64,000 nt of DNA from Mycobacteriales bacterium (GCA_035476575.1 DATILL010000020.1:307-64306); one strand, 5' to 3'; positions 18,335-27,376 are shown, counted from the stretch's first letter. Program-made: numbers and translations. Notes: a model not told the origin generated them from the sequence alone.

Positions 18335-19673
18335 CCCGCGGGCTGCGGTCCGGGAGTACTCCACCGGCCGGCACCGCGCCGAGGCCGCACCCCGGCCGCC
18401 CCGGCTCCTGATGCAGCCGCTGCGCGAGCGGCTGCGGCTGATCGCGGCGGGCGAGCTGGCCGTGGCGGAGTGGCTCGCCGCCGCCGACGAGTGGAGCGCC
18501 ACGGCCGACGAGCGGTACCGCGCCTGCGTCGAGCTGCGCCCGGCCGGGCAGCCGGTACGGCTCGCCGTCAAGGACACCATCGACGTGGCCGGCTTCCCCA
18601 CCCGGCTGGGGCTCCGCCGGCACCGGCACTACCCGCGCCGGTCCGCTGTGGCGCTGCGCGGGCTGCCGGTCAACGCCAAGGTGGTGACGACCGAGCTGAA
18701 CATCGGCATCGGCTCCGGTTGCGTCAACCCGTACTTCCCGCACATCGACCCGGCCGGCTCCAGCACCGGCTCCGGGGTGGCCGTGGCGGCCGGGATCTGC
18801 GACGTGTCGCTCGGGACGGACGTGCTCGGCTCGGTGCGCTGGCCGGCCGGGCGGTGCGGCGTCGTCGGCCTGCGCACCACGCACAGCGAGCGGCGGCTGG
18901 CCGGGGTCTTCCCGCTGTCGCCGTCGATGGACGCGCCCGGCTGGGTGGCCCGGGCCGCCGACGACCTGGCCGTGCTGGCCGACCGGATCGGCCTCGACGG
19001 CGACGGCGCGCCCGGACAGTACCGGATCGGGCTGGTGCGGGAGGTGCTCGACGGCGGGTGCGAGCCGGAGATCCTGACCGCGCTGGAGCTGTGCCACGCC
19101 GCGCTGGCCGACGCTGGCCACCGGGTCGAGGGGGTACGGCTGGGCGAGCTGTGGCGATGTCGAGGCATGGCGTGGGACCTGTGCGCCCGCGAGGCCTGGG
19201 ACGGGTACCAGGTCTGGCGGCAGTGGATCTCCGACGACCTGCTCGACTCGACCCGGCGTGCACTCGAGGCGGGCGCGCGGATCGGCGACGGGCGTTATGC
19301 CGAGCTGCGCGCCGAGCAGCAGCGGCAGCGGGCCGGTGTGGCCGAGCTGTTCGCCCGCCAGGAGGTCGACGCCTGGCTGCTGCCGCTCGACCCGGACGTG
19401 CCGTGCCCGCCCGACGCGGCCGAGCGTGTCACCGCCACCAGCATCCCGACCCCGGCGGACGACCCGGCTGGCTATGACCGCGCGGTCGGCTACACGCCGG
19501 TGGCGAGCTTCGCCGGCCTGCCGGCGATCACCTTCCCAGTCGGCCGTGGCACCACGACGGGCGCGCCGCTCGCGATGCAGCTCGTCGGCCCGCCCCGATC
19601 CGACCGTAGGCTGGTCGCGCTGGCCGCCGACGTTGGCCGGCGCCTCGGCGACCTCGGCTTTGTCCCGCGCTGA
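18327..19673 (+). CDS. Amidase-signature enzyme (second copy)
   Basis: VKDTIDVAGFPT, AGSSTGSGVAVAAG, GTDVLGSVRWPA. Alternative start at ATG 18411, where the N-terminus aligns with that of 10425-11699. Confidence 0.8.
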   Translation: MRDPRAAVREYSTGRHRAEAAPRPPRLLMQPLRERLRLIAAGELAVAEWLAAADEWSATADERYRACVELRPAGQPVRLAVKDTIDVAGFPTRLGLRRHRHYPRRSAVALRGLPVNAKVVTTELNIGIGSGCVNPYFPHIDPAGSSTGSGVAVAAGICDVSLGTDVLGSVRWPAGRCGVVGLRTTHSERRLAGVFPLSPSMDAPGWVARAADDLAVLADRIGLDGDGAPGQYRIGLVREVLDGGCEPEILTALELCHAALADAGHRVEGVRLGELWRCRGMAWDLCAREAWDGYQVWRQWISDDLLDSTRRALEAGARIGDGRYAELRAEQQRQRAGVAELFARQEVDAWLLPLDPDVPCPPDAAERVTATSIPTPADDPAGYDRAVGYTPVASFAGLPAITFPVGRGTTTGAPLAMQLVGPPRSDRRLVALAADVGRRLGDLGFVPR

Positions 19674-19692
19674 AACACCGAAGGAGAAGCAC

Positions 19693-20418
19693 GTGCCACG
19701 TACCGTCCTCGTCACCGGTGGCGCGACCGGCATCGGCTTCGCGGTCGCCACGACGTTCGCCCAGGCCGGCGACCGGGTCATCATCACCGGTCGCCGCGAA
19801 CAGGTGCTCACCGAGGCCGCCGGCCGGCTAGGCGCGACCCCGCTCGCCTTCGACGCCACCGACCCTGAGGCGGTCACCAAGGCGGTCGCCGCCCTGCCCG
19901 ACCGGGTGGACGTCGTGGTCAACAACGCCGGCGGCAACACCGACTTCGCCCAGCCGGACGCCGCCGACGACGACCTGTCCGCGCTCGCGGCGAGCTGGCG
20001 GGCCAACCTGGAGGCCAACCTGGTCTCCGCCGTGCTCGTCACCGCCGCGCTCACCCCGCGGCTGCCCGACGGCGGCCGGGTGATCACGATCGGCTCCATC
20101 GCGGCCCGTACCGGCGCCGGTTCCTACGGCGCCGCGAAGGCGGCGGTCGAGGCCTGGACCACCAGCGTCGCCGCCGAGCTCGGCCCACGCGGCATCACGG
20201 CCAACGTCGTCTCGCCCGGGCTGACCCTCGGCACCGAGTTCTTCGGCGACCGGCTCACCGTGCAGCGCCAGCAGCGGCTGATCGACGCCACGCTGGTCAA
20301 GCGGGCGGGCACCCCGGACGACGTCGCGGCCACCGTGTTCTTCCTCGCCTCGCCAGCGGCCCGGCATCTCACCGGACAGGTCTTCCACGTCAACGGTGGC
20401 GCCTATCTCGGGCGGTGA
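19693..20418 (+). CDS. Short-chain dehydrogenase/reductase
   Basis: GTG start 7 nt after AAGGAG. TGGATGIG cofactor motif and SYGAAKAA (YxxxK). Confidence 0.85.
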   Translation: MPRTVLVTGGATGIGFAVATTFAQAGDRVIITGRREQVLTEAAGRLGATPLAFDATDPEAVTKAVAALPDRVDVVVNNAGGNTDFAQPDAADDDLSALAASWRANLEANLVSAVLVTAALTPRLPDGGRVITIGSIAARTGAGSYGAAKAAVEAWTTSVAAELGPRGITANVVSPGLTLGTEFFGDRLTVQRQQRLIDATLVKRAGTPDDVAATVFFLASPAARHLTGQVFHVNGGAYLGR

Positions 20419-20767
20419 TAGGGGGAGAACGAGCCTGGCGACGGCCGCCACGCCACCTATTGGTGCCAAGGGTCGTCCGGCATGGGCAATTGAGTGCTGT
20501 CCGTTCCCTTTGTGGCTGCGGCACTGGCTAGCTTGCGCAAATTCTAAGGTAGCTCGACGTATCTCAACGTAGAGCTGGCAGCTCTGTTCATACGGTGTCA
20601 AGACCAACGGGGATGTTCGCTGCTGCCGGAGTCCGACCGGTGCCCATCATCGGCTCTGGCTCTTGTACGTCAACGCCGACGCCGCTGGCCCGCCAGATGG
20701 GACCACGGTTAAGACGCTTACCGTGCCGTGGCGACGATCCGGCTCACTACCAGTGATAGGGGATTTT

Positions 20768-23700
20768 ATGCGTCGCTCACGTGCCCTCGCCGCCGGGCTG
20801 GCGGCGGCAGTCGTCACGGTTCTGGCCACCGCGGCGGGCAGTAATCATTCGACGAGCCCGCCAGGCACGGACACAAGTCCCGGCCTTGCTGCTTATCAGG
20901 TCGACATTCACGACTCGCACGCATTGCGACTGCTCGCTCAGGCGGGCAACGACATGGAGGAAGGCGCCGGCCGCGACGGCCAGGCCGAGGTCGTGGCCCT
21001 TCCGGGCCAGGTGCATAAGCTCCGGGCGGCCGGCCTGACCGTGACGCTCAAACCCACCACCGCGGCCGGCGCCGGTCCCAGGCCCGACGGCAGCTACCAG
21101 GTCTGGCGCCCCTACTACGACCGCACCTTCGTCGGTACTGAAGGCGGCCGGCCGCGGGAGACGCTGTATGAGGAGCTTCAGCGGATCGCCGCGGAGCACC
21201 CGGACATCGTCAAGCCGGAGATCATCGGAAGGTCCCTGCTGGGCAAGCCGATCCTGGCGCTGCGGATCACCAAGGACGCCCGCAAGCCGGCCAACCGGGA
21301 CGGGTCGCGGCCCGCCGTCTTGTACAGCGCGACCCTGCACGCCCGGGAATGGCTGGCCACCGAGCAGGCCCGCCGGCTGGTGCACCTGCTGGTCGACAAC
21401 TACGGCCACAGCGGTCCGGCCAAGGCCGTCGGCGGCGAGAACGTCGCCGGGCTCACCGGCGCCACGCTGACCCGGCTGGTGGACACCCGGGAGCTGTGGT
21501 TCGTCCCCGTCGCCAACCCGGACGGGTACGACCACACCTTCACCCCGGGCAACCGGCTGTGGCGCAAGAACATGCGCGACACCGACGGCGACGGCGTCGT
21601 CGACACTGGCGATGGCGTCGACCTGAACCGTAACTTCGGGGGCCACTGGGGATTTGATAATGAGGGCTCCAGCGACGACCCCTCGGGGGAGATCTACCGC
21701 GGTTCCGCCGCCTTGTCCGAGCCCGAGGTCAAGGCGGTGGACGGGCTGCTTTCCCGCATCCGGTTCGCCTTCTTGGCCGACTACCACATCACCCCGCTCG
21801 GGCAGCGGCTGCTGTACGGCGTCGGGTACCAGATCCACACCGACTCACCGGACGACCTGATCTCCCGGGCGCTGGCCGGTACCGACCGCAAACCCGCGAT
21901 CGGCGGCAACCCGCCCGGCGCGCCTGATCCGTACTCGCCCGGCCTGCTGGCCTTCCCGTTCCGCAACAACGGCATCCTCGGCGACGCCGCACACGCGGTC
22001 CACCATGTCCTGCCGTTCACCGTCGAGGTGGACGCCGCGAACCCGGACCGGGGCGGTGGGTCATCGATCTTCGAGTTCCAGGACAGCGAGGCCGACGTAC
22101 AGCAGTCGTTTGTGAAGAACATCCCGTTCGCGCTGGACGTCGCCCTGTCAGCGCCCGACCCGGCGAACCCGGTGTCGCACCTGGGCAACACCGCACCGGC
22201 GTTCGAGCTGCACCCGTTCGCCGTCTCCTACGGCGACCCGCAGCCGGTACGGGTCACCGTCAAGCGGTCGCTCGGCCCGGTGCGGATGCACTGGCGCATC
22301 AACGGTGGGCGTGAGCACGCCGCCCGCACCCGCGAGTACCAGGGCGGGGAACGGTACGGCGACTCCTACAACATCTACTACCACGAGATGCGCGGCACGG
22401 TGACCGGCACCCGGCCGGGTGACCGGGTGACGGTGTGGTTCACCGCCGGCGGGAAGCGGTCGGAGTCGTTCCGGTACTCGATACGGTCCGACAGCAACAA
22501 GCCGGTGCTGATCATGGCAGCGGAGGACTACTCCGGCCAGCCCGGCAGCACCCTGGAGTCCCCGCCGTACGCCAACCGGACCCGGCCGAACTACCTTGGC
22601 TACTACACGGCGGCGCTGAGCGCGAACAAGATCCCCTTCGACGTGTACAACGTCGACGCCGAGCGGCGGACGGCGCCCGACCCGTTGGGGGTGCTCGGGC
22701 ACTACCGGGCGGTCATCTGGTACACGGCCAACGACAGCCTCGTCCGGGCCGTCGGCGTTCCAGGCTCGACCGGTACCGGCAAGCTGGCCGGCGATGAGAT
22801 CCTCGCGGTCCGCGACTACCTCAACGACGGCGGCAAGGTGCTCTACACGGGGCAGAACGCGGCGCTGCCGCAGCTCCTCAACGCCCAGTACAACCCGGGC
22901 GGCGAGCCACCGTACTGCCACGCCTCGGCCAGCAGTCCCGGCACGGTCACCACCTGCACCACGCTCACCGACGACTTCCTGCAGTACTGGCTAGGCGCGT
23001 ACAGCCACATCGACGCGGCCACCACGAAGGCCGAGGTGTCGGCGCTCCACCTCGAGTCGACGTCCGGCGGGGCGAGGTACCGGCTGAACGGGGTGGGCTC
23101 CGCCGACAACCAGGAGCACACCTACTCGGCCGTGACCACGTCGAGCATCCTGCCCGTGCCGAAGTTCCCGCAGTTTGCCTCGCAGGTCTCGGTTGGGCTG
23201 GCCGGGCCGAGCGGGTTCGACCCCGTCACCGGGTCGCGGTACGCCGTCGCGGAGTCGGACAACAGCGGCTACCAGCGGCTGCGCCGTACCGTCGACCTGA
23301 CCGGCGCCACGTCGGCGGAGCTGTCCCTGAAGCTCTCCTACGACGTGGAGAAGGACTACGACTACGTGATCGTCGAGGCACACCACGTCGGCCAGGACGA
23401 CTGGACCACCCTGCCGGACGCCAACGGGCACACCTCGACCAGCGTCGGCGGGTCGTGCGATGAGAACCTGGACACCATCCACCCGTTCCTGGACCACTAC
23501 CAGACCAACCCGGACAAGCGAAAGGTCGACTGCACCGGCACCGGCACCACCGGGGTCTGGCAGGGCGCGACCGGTAACTCGCGCGGCTGGCAGGACTGGC
23601 GGGTCGACCTCAGCCGGTACGCCGGCTCGCAGGTGGAGGTGGCGATCAGCTACGTGCAAGACTCGGGGGTTACCGGGCTCGGGGTGCTCCTCGACGACGT

Positions 23701-23968
23701 GACGGTCCGAAAGGACGGCGCGATCGCCGAGCAGACCTCCTTCGAGGACGGGCTGGGCGGGTTCACCGCCGGGCCGGCACCGGACGGGTCCGCGGCCATC
23801 ACCGACCACGCCTGGACGTCGCGGCCGACGGTCGGCTTCGCCGTCGGCACGGGCATCCAGACCCCGCACTCGGTCTACTGGGGCTTCGGCCTGGAGGGCA
23901 TCGCCGGCGCGGGCGACCGTGCGCAGCTCATCGGTCAGGCCCTGCGACACCTTGGAGTGGCACGCTAG
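20768..23968 (+). CDS. Secreted M14-family zinc carboxypeptidase with a large C-terminal extension
   Basis: Signal peptide MRRSRALAAGLAAAVVTVLATAAG. LHAREW and NPDGY M14 motifs. 1066 aa. Confidence 0.8.
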   Translation: MRRSRALAAGLAAAVVTVLATAAGSNHSTSPPGTDTSPGLAAYQVDIHDSHALRLLAQAGNDMEEGAGRDGQAEVVALPGQVHKLRAAGLTVTLKPTTAAGAGPRPDGSYQVWRPYYDRTFVGTEGGRPRETLYEELQRIAAEHPDIVKPEIIGRSLLGKPILALRITKDARKPANRDGSRPAVLYSATLHAREWLATEQARRLVHLLVDNYGHSGPAKAVGGENVAGLTGATLTRLVDTRELWFVPVANPDGYDHTFTPGNRLWRKNMRDTDGDGVVDTGDGVDLNRNFGGHWGFDNEGSSDDPSGEIYRGSAALSEPEVKAVDGLLSRIRFAFLADYHITPLGQRLLYGVGYQIHTDSPDDLISRALAGTDRKPAIGGNPPGAPDPYSPGLLAFPFRNNGILGDAAHAVHHVLPFTVEVDAANPDRGGGSSIFEFQDSEADVQQSFVKNIPFALDVALSAPDPANPVSHLGNTAPAFELHPFAVSYGDPQPVRVTVKRSLGPVRMHWRINGGREHAARTREYQGGERYGDSYNIYYHEMRGTVTGTRPGDRVTVWFTAGGKRSESFRYSIRSDSNKPVLIMAAEDYSGQPGSTLESPPYANRTRPNYLGYYTAALSANKIPFDVYNVDAERRTAPDPLGVLGHYRAVIWYTANDSLVRAVGVPGSTGTGKLAGDEILAVRDYLNDGGKVLYTGQNAALPQLLNAQYNPGGEPPYCHASASSPGTVTTCTTLTDDFLQYWLGAYSHIDAATTKAEVSALHLESTSGGARYRLNGVGSADNQEHTYSAVTTSSILPVPKFPQFASQVSVGLAGPSGFDPVTGSRYAVAESDNSGYQRLRRTVDLTGATSAELSLKLSYDVEKDYDYVIVEAHHVGQDDWTTLPDANGHTSTSVGGSCDENLDTIHPFLDHYQTNPDKRKVDCTGTGTTGVWQGATGNSRGWQDWRVDLSRYAGSQVEVAISYVQDSGVTGLGVLLDDVTVRKDGAIAEQTSFEDGLGGFTAGPAPDGSAAITDHAWTSRPTVGFAVGTGIQTPHSVYWGFGLEGIAGAGDRAQLIGQALRHLGVAR

Positions 23969-23984
23969 GGCGGCGGCAAGAAGT

Positions 23985-24026
23985 GGGCGGTTGGTGCCGG
24001 CAGCGGCCGTTACCAACCGCCCTTCT
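23985..24026 (+). terminator. Hairpin terminator candidate after the M14 gene
   Basis: GGGCGGTTGGT (23985-23995) pairs with ACCAACCGCCC (24012-24022) and is followed by TTCT. Lies 17 nt after the stop codon. Confidence 0.45.
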
Positions 24027-24030
24027 ATCA

Positions 24031-24125
24031 GATGCTGAAGGCGACATCGTCAAACCCCGGCGCGCCGGTGGCAGGCCAGTACATGAGTGCTTGAAACTAC
24101 AGGTCGACACCCCACCGCCATGGCC
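24031..24125 (+). pseudogene. Relic of tyrosinase-like gene codons ~24-55 (complementary to the relic at 3055-3193)
   Basis: gatgctgaaggcgacatcgtcaaaccccggcgcgccgg...ccagtaca aligns to 29986-30040 of the intact gene. Contains stops and indels. Confidence 0.5.
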
Positions 24126-24202
24126 CCGGGCCGCATGCCCTCCGACCGGCTGGTGAACGCCCAGAACTCTGAGCAGGCAAGCACTGCCAAGCGGTCGCTA
24201 TG

Positions 24203-25096
24203 TTAGTAAACTTGCGGCTCGGCCCACACCGCCGTACCGGACATACAACCGAAAGGAGTCGCGACTACCAGGATGATCCGTCGCGCTCCTTTAATCGACA
24301 CATCGATGTGCGCAGGCCGACCGTATTGTGCACCTGCCGAAGCCACCATTTCCGAGGAGTCCTCCACGCCATCCACGTTTAGGTCGGCATAGACCTTAAA
24401 GGATACAGAAACACCTCGGTTGAATTTCTCTACATCGTCGCTGACACCGACCTCGGCCTTGAATCTCTGATATTCTGCGCCCAGATCGTAGGCAGCCTGT
24501 CCCTCGCTACAGAGTGTTTCCTTAACTCCGATGCTGCGCTGGTAGCTTTTTTCGCTCAAGCGCCAGCTTCCGGTGAGCCATGAGTCACCAGTAGCGTTTA
24601 GGTCCACAAGGTAAAGCGGTGTTGTCGGTTTGGCCGATAAACTGGGCGTGCCGGATTTCCCAGCAGATGATTGTGCTTGTGGGGTACTACCGGCTGTGAC
24701 GCTCGTGGTAGCTGTCGGACGGCCAGCGGAAGTACCCGGTGATCCGGCGCCACCGGTCGCCGGATCATGTATGGCATGCGAATCGTGCCGGAGATAGGCA
24801 TCCAGGACGCCCCCTAGTATCGACGTGCCTAGGGCTATTAATATTAGCGAGAAGATAACCTTGAGGCCAACAACACGCCGCCATTGACCCAGCAGCAGGA
24901 ACGCACCAGACGTAACTGCAACGAGGCCAAAAAAACTCGCTAGGACCAAGGTGCCTGAATTGACCAGGACGACAATTCCGCTTAGGTTGGAGACAATGGA
25001 GAGCCCTGCACTCAGTCGATGCCGGAGCCGCTTCCCGGAACTCTCAGGCTCCTTCGAGAGCTGATCGTCATGTACCATCGTTCGATGCCTCACCAT
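24203..25096 (-). CDS. Membrane-anchored protein with a C-terminal NPCBM-like domain
   Basis: Markedly lower GC than its surroundings. 3 TM helices, a Ser/Thr/Pro linker, then YQRSIGV...YQRFKAEVGVSDD...VSFKVYAD...AVWAEPQV, which resembles the NPCBM/NEW2 pattern. Start at M47 (25096) or M53 (25078) of the ORF. Confidence 0.6.
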   Translation of the reverse strand: MVRHRTMVHDDQLSKEPESSGKRLRHRLSAGLSIVSNLSGIVVLVNSGTLVLASFFGLVAVTSGAFLLLGQWRRVVGLKVIFSLILIALGTSILGGVLDAYLRHDSHAIHDPATGGAGSPGTSAGRPTATTSVTAGSTPQAQSSAGKSGTPSLSAKPTTPLYLVDLNATGDSWLTGSWRLSEKSYQRSIGVKETLCSEGQAAYDLGAEYQRFKAEVGVSDDVEKFNRGVSVSFKVYADLNVDGVEDSSEMVASAGAQYGRPAHIDVSIKGARRIILVVATPFGCMSGTAVWAEPQVY

Positions 25097-25194
25097 CACG
25101 CCGCGGCCCATGGGAAGATATGTCGGCGAGATCCTACTACCTAGCCCGTTCAACCAGCCGCCGAGCAGTCCCGAGGCCGCCGCCGGACCTGCTG

Positions 25195-25400
25195 CTGTAC
25201 AGCAGCGATACCGGCCACCACCGGCTCGCAGCACTCGGCAACGATGCTAACTGAGCGTGAACGGCCATCACCAACCGCCAGACCGGCAGTTCGGGACTGA
25301 AGGCGGACATCGTCAACCCCGGCTCGCCGGTCGCAGGCCAGTACAACAGATGACGGTGTTCATGGTGCTCGCGCTCCCGAACCCGGAACGGTTCTCGATG
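25195..25400 (+). pseudogene. Third decayed copy of the tyrosinase-like 5' region (upstream region plus early codons, with deletions)
   Basis: cagcgataccggcc... and gaaggcggacatcgtcaaccccggc...ccagtaca align with 29866-30040. The core is 25 nt identical. Confidence 0.45.
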
Positions 25401-25532
25401 TGTAGGGCGACCGCGGGGGCCGTGTCTTGCTCTCGCTGCCGTTCGGCGACGACATGTGCCGGTCACCACGTCAGCGATGGTCGAAGCGGCCGGTATCTAG
25501 ACCCGAGATTGTCCCCTCTACCTCGATGATTT

Positions 25533-27272
25533 ACGCCGTTTCTGCGGTGGGTGATTGGGCCTGGTGAAGGGGCGTCCGGGGTGCTGTGCGGCTGGGCGGG
25601 TGTGACCGGGTGCCTGATGTGCTCGGGTGGGCGCCGGTTCCACGGGCCGGCCGGGTGGGTTGTCGGGACAGGGGCGGGTGGGTCAGGCGGGGTGCGGGGC
25701 GTGGATGCGGGTCCAGGCGGTGGCCAGGTCTTCTGCCCAGGCCCAGCCGGGTGGGGTCTTCAGGATGCGGTTGCGGGCGTGTCTGGCCAGGCGGGCGGGG
25801 GCGGAGAAGAGCCGGAACCGGAGCATCTTCGGTTCGGCTTTGGCCAGGTCGCCGTCCAGGGCGATCAGTCGTGCCAGGCCAGCAGCGTGACCGCGAGGGT
25901 GGCCAGCTGCAGCCAGGCACTGTTGCGGCGGTGGTCCTTCGACGGTAGCCGGGCGGCGCCGCAGGCCTTGGTCTGCTTCGTCTTGTCCTCGACGTGGGCC
26001 TGGGTGCGGTGCCGGGCATCCAGCCGCTGGACCCGCCCGGCGGGGGTGGCAGCGGCGAACGCCCCATACCGCCAGCGCGCGTCTTGGCTGAGCTCGGCCT
26101 GCTCACCGGGCTCGCGCGGGCTACGGCGGGCGGTCACCGGCAGGTCGGCCGGCGACCCGGCCAGCTGGTCCCCACCAGCGCAGTGCCGCAGCAGCCCGGT
26201 CAGCTCCACCACCCGGGCCGTCTCGTCGGCTTTGCCGTCCGCGCGCAGGGCGGTGCTCCAGCCGTTCTCGCGCAGGGTGTCGATCGCGGCCTTGGCGCGG
26301 GCGTCGACGGGCCAGCCGGCGGAGCACCCCACCCGCCGTCCCCGCCGCCCATGTGTTGCGGCGGTGTTCAGCCCGGTCAGGTGATCGACCAGGTTATGGG
26401 ACGCACCGGCCCCGTCCACGGTCACCAGCAGATCACCTCGCCACGCCGGCGGCAGCTGCGCGACCGCCGCATCCAAGACAGCGATGTGATCGGCAGCGGT
26501 GAACGACCCGGCCGACCCCGGCCGCGACATCGCCGCCAACGAACCACCCACGTTGGTGCACCAGGCGGTCAGCGGATGGAAGCCATAACCTTTGTAGCTC
26601 GGTTCGGCGCCGTCCTCATCCGAGGCCGCCTGGGTCACCGTGGCGTCCAACCGGACCACCACCACCACCGCCCGACCCGGCTCCCCAGCAGCGGCGGGTC
26701 TGCGTAGCCCGGTCCCCGCGACCCGGACCGCGGGCAGGCCACCATGCCGGTCAACGATCGCCGCCCACGCCCACGCCTACGCGCGGGCCCGGGCCAACCG
26801 CCGACCCGGTAACCCCTCGCCACCCAACCGATCCGCCAGCTCATCCAGCCCCCGCAGCACCGTCGTGTCCGACGCGCCACCACCGGGACCGAAGATCTCC
26901 TCCTGCCCAGCCAGCGCCTCCACACCGGTCAACGCCGTCGCCCCCGCGGCCAGCGCGCACACCGCATCGACCAGCAACCGGCCCCGGTGCCGCAACGGGC
27001 TGAACCCCGCACGCGCCACCACACCCGCCAGGTCGCCGGTCAAGCCCAACCGGTCAGCCAGCAGCCCCGGCAGCACCACCCCGGCATGCACAACCGTCCC
27101 GGCCCCGCCACCTCGACCCGCAACCTGTTCGACCACCCCAGCGCGGGATCGGCCACAGCCAACCCACCCCCGCTACGCTGCACCACGAAGGTGCTCCTTC
27201 CAAAGACACGGTACTTGTCTCAGCAACTCATATCGCCCCTGGCCAGGAGCACCCTCCACGTTCAGACACGCC
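25533..27272 (-). mobile_element. IS1380-family insertion sequence, inactivated (boundaries tentative)
   Basis: Encloses the transposase pseudogene. The left end CGCCGTTTCTGCGGTGGGTG and the right-end reverse complement (CACCCTCCACGTTCAGACACGCC at 27250-27272) form an imperfect inverted repeat. The ~1.7 kb size fits the family. Confidence 0.4.
25683..27136 (-). pseudogene. IS1380-family DDE transposase pseudogene
   Basis: ORFs 26777-27136 and 25865-26668 are in the same frame, interrupted by an in-frame TAG at 26774-26776. The C-terminal LIALDGDLAKAEPKMLRFRLFSAPARLARHARNRILK... continues only after a 1-nt frameshift at about 25865. Family-typical YKGYGFHPL and LPS...N..WLQLA blocks are present. 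Confidence 0.75.
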
Positions 27273-27340
27273 CCAGGACCACAACCAGACCATCCGGCGT
27301 GAACACCCCAGGTAGATCCATCCCCGCTGGGTAGTGCGGG

Positions 27341-27376
27341 GCTCGGCCCTGGATCTTGCGGGATCCAGGGCCGAGC
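27341..27376 (-). terminator. Perfect 15-bp stem hairpin downstream of the PxKF gene
   Basis: GCTCGGCCCTGGATC / GATCCAGGGCCGAGC with a 6-nt loop, 29 nt after the stop at 27405. No U-tract, which is common in high-GC actinomycetes. Confidence 0.5.

Noticed and set aside
3280-20418. Hidden NRPS, PKS or RiPP precursor within the cluster
   Set aside because: No condensation (HHxxxDG), KS (CHH) or large multi-domain ORFs were found. No short Cys/Ser/Thr-rich precursor-like ORF with an RBS was seen between the genes, because the intergenic gaps are 39 nt or less.
20571-20587. Palindrome AGAGCTG-G-CAGCTCT in the AT-richer region upstream of the M14 peptidase gene
   Set aside because: It is short with only a 1-nt centre, and there is no supporting repeat or known operator consensus. 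It could be a regulator site, but the evidence is too thin to call.
25531-26106. 191-aa Pro/Arg/Thr-rich minus-strand ORF
   Set aside because: It is an alternative-frame translation of the IS1380 transposase pseudogene region. The homologous transposase frame explains the sequence better.
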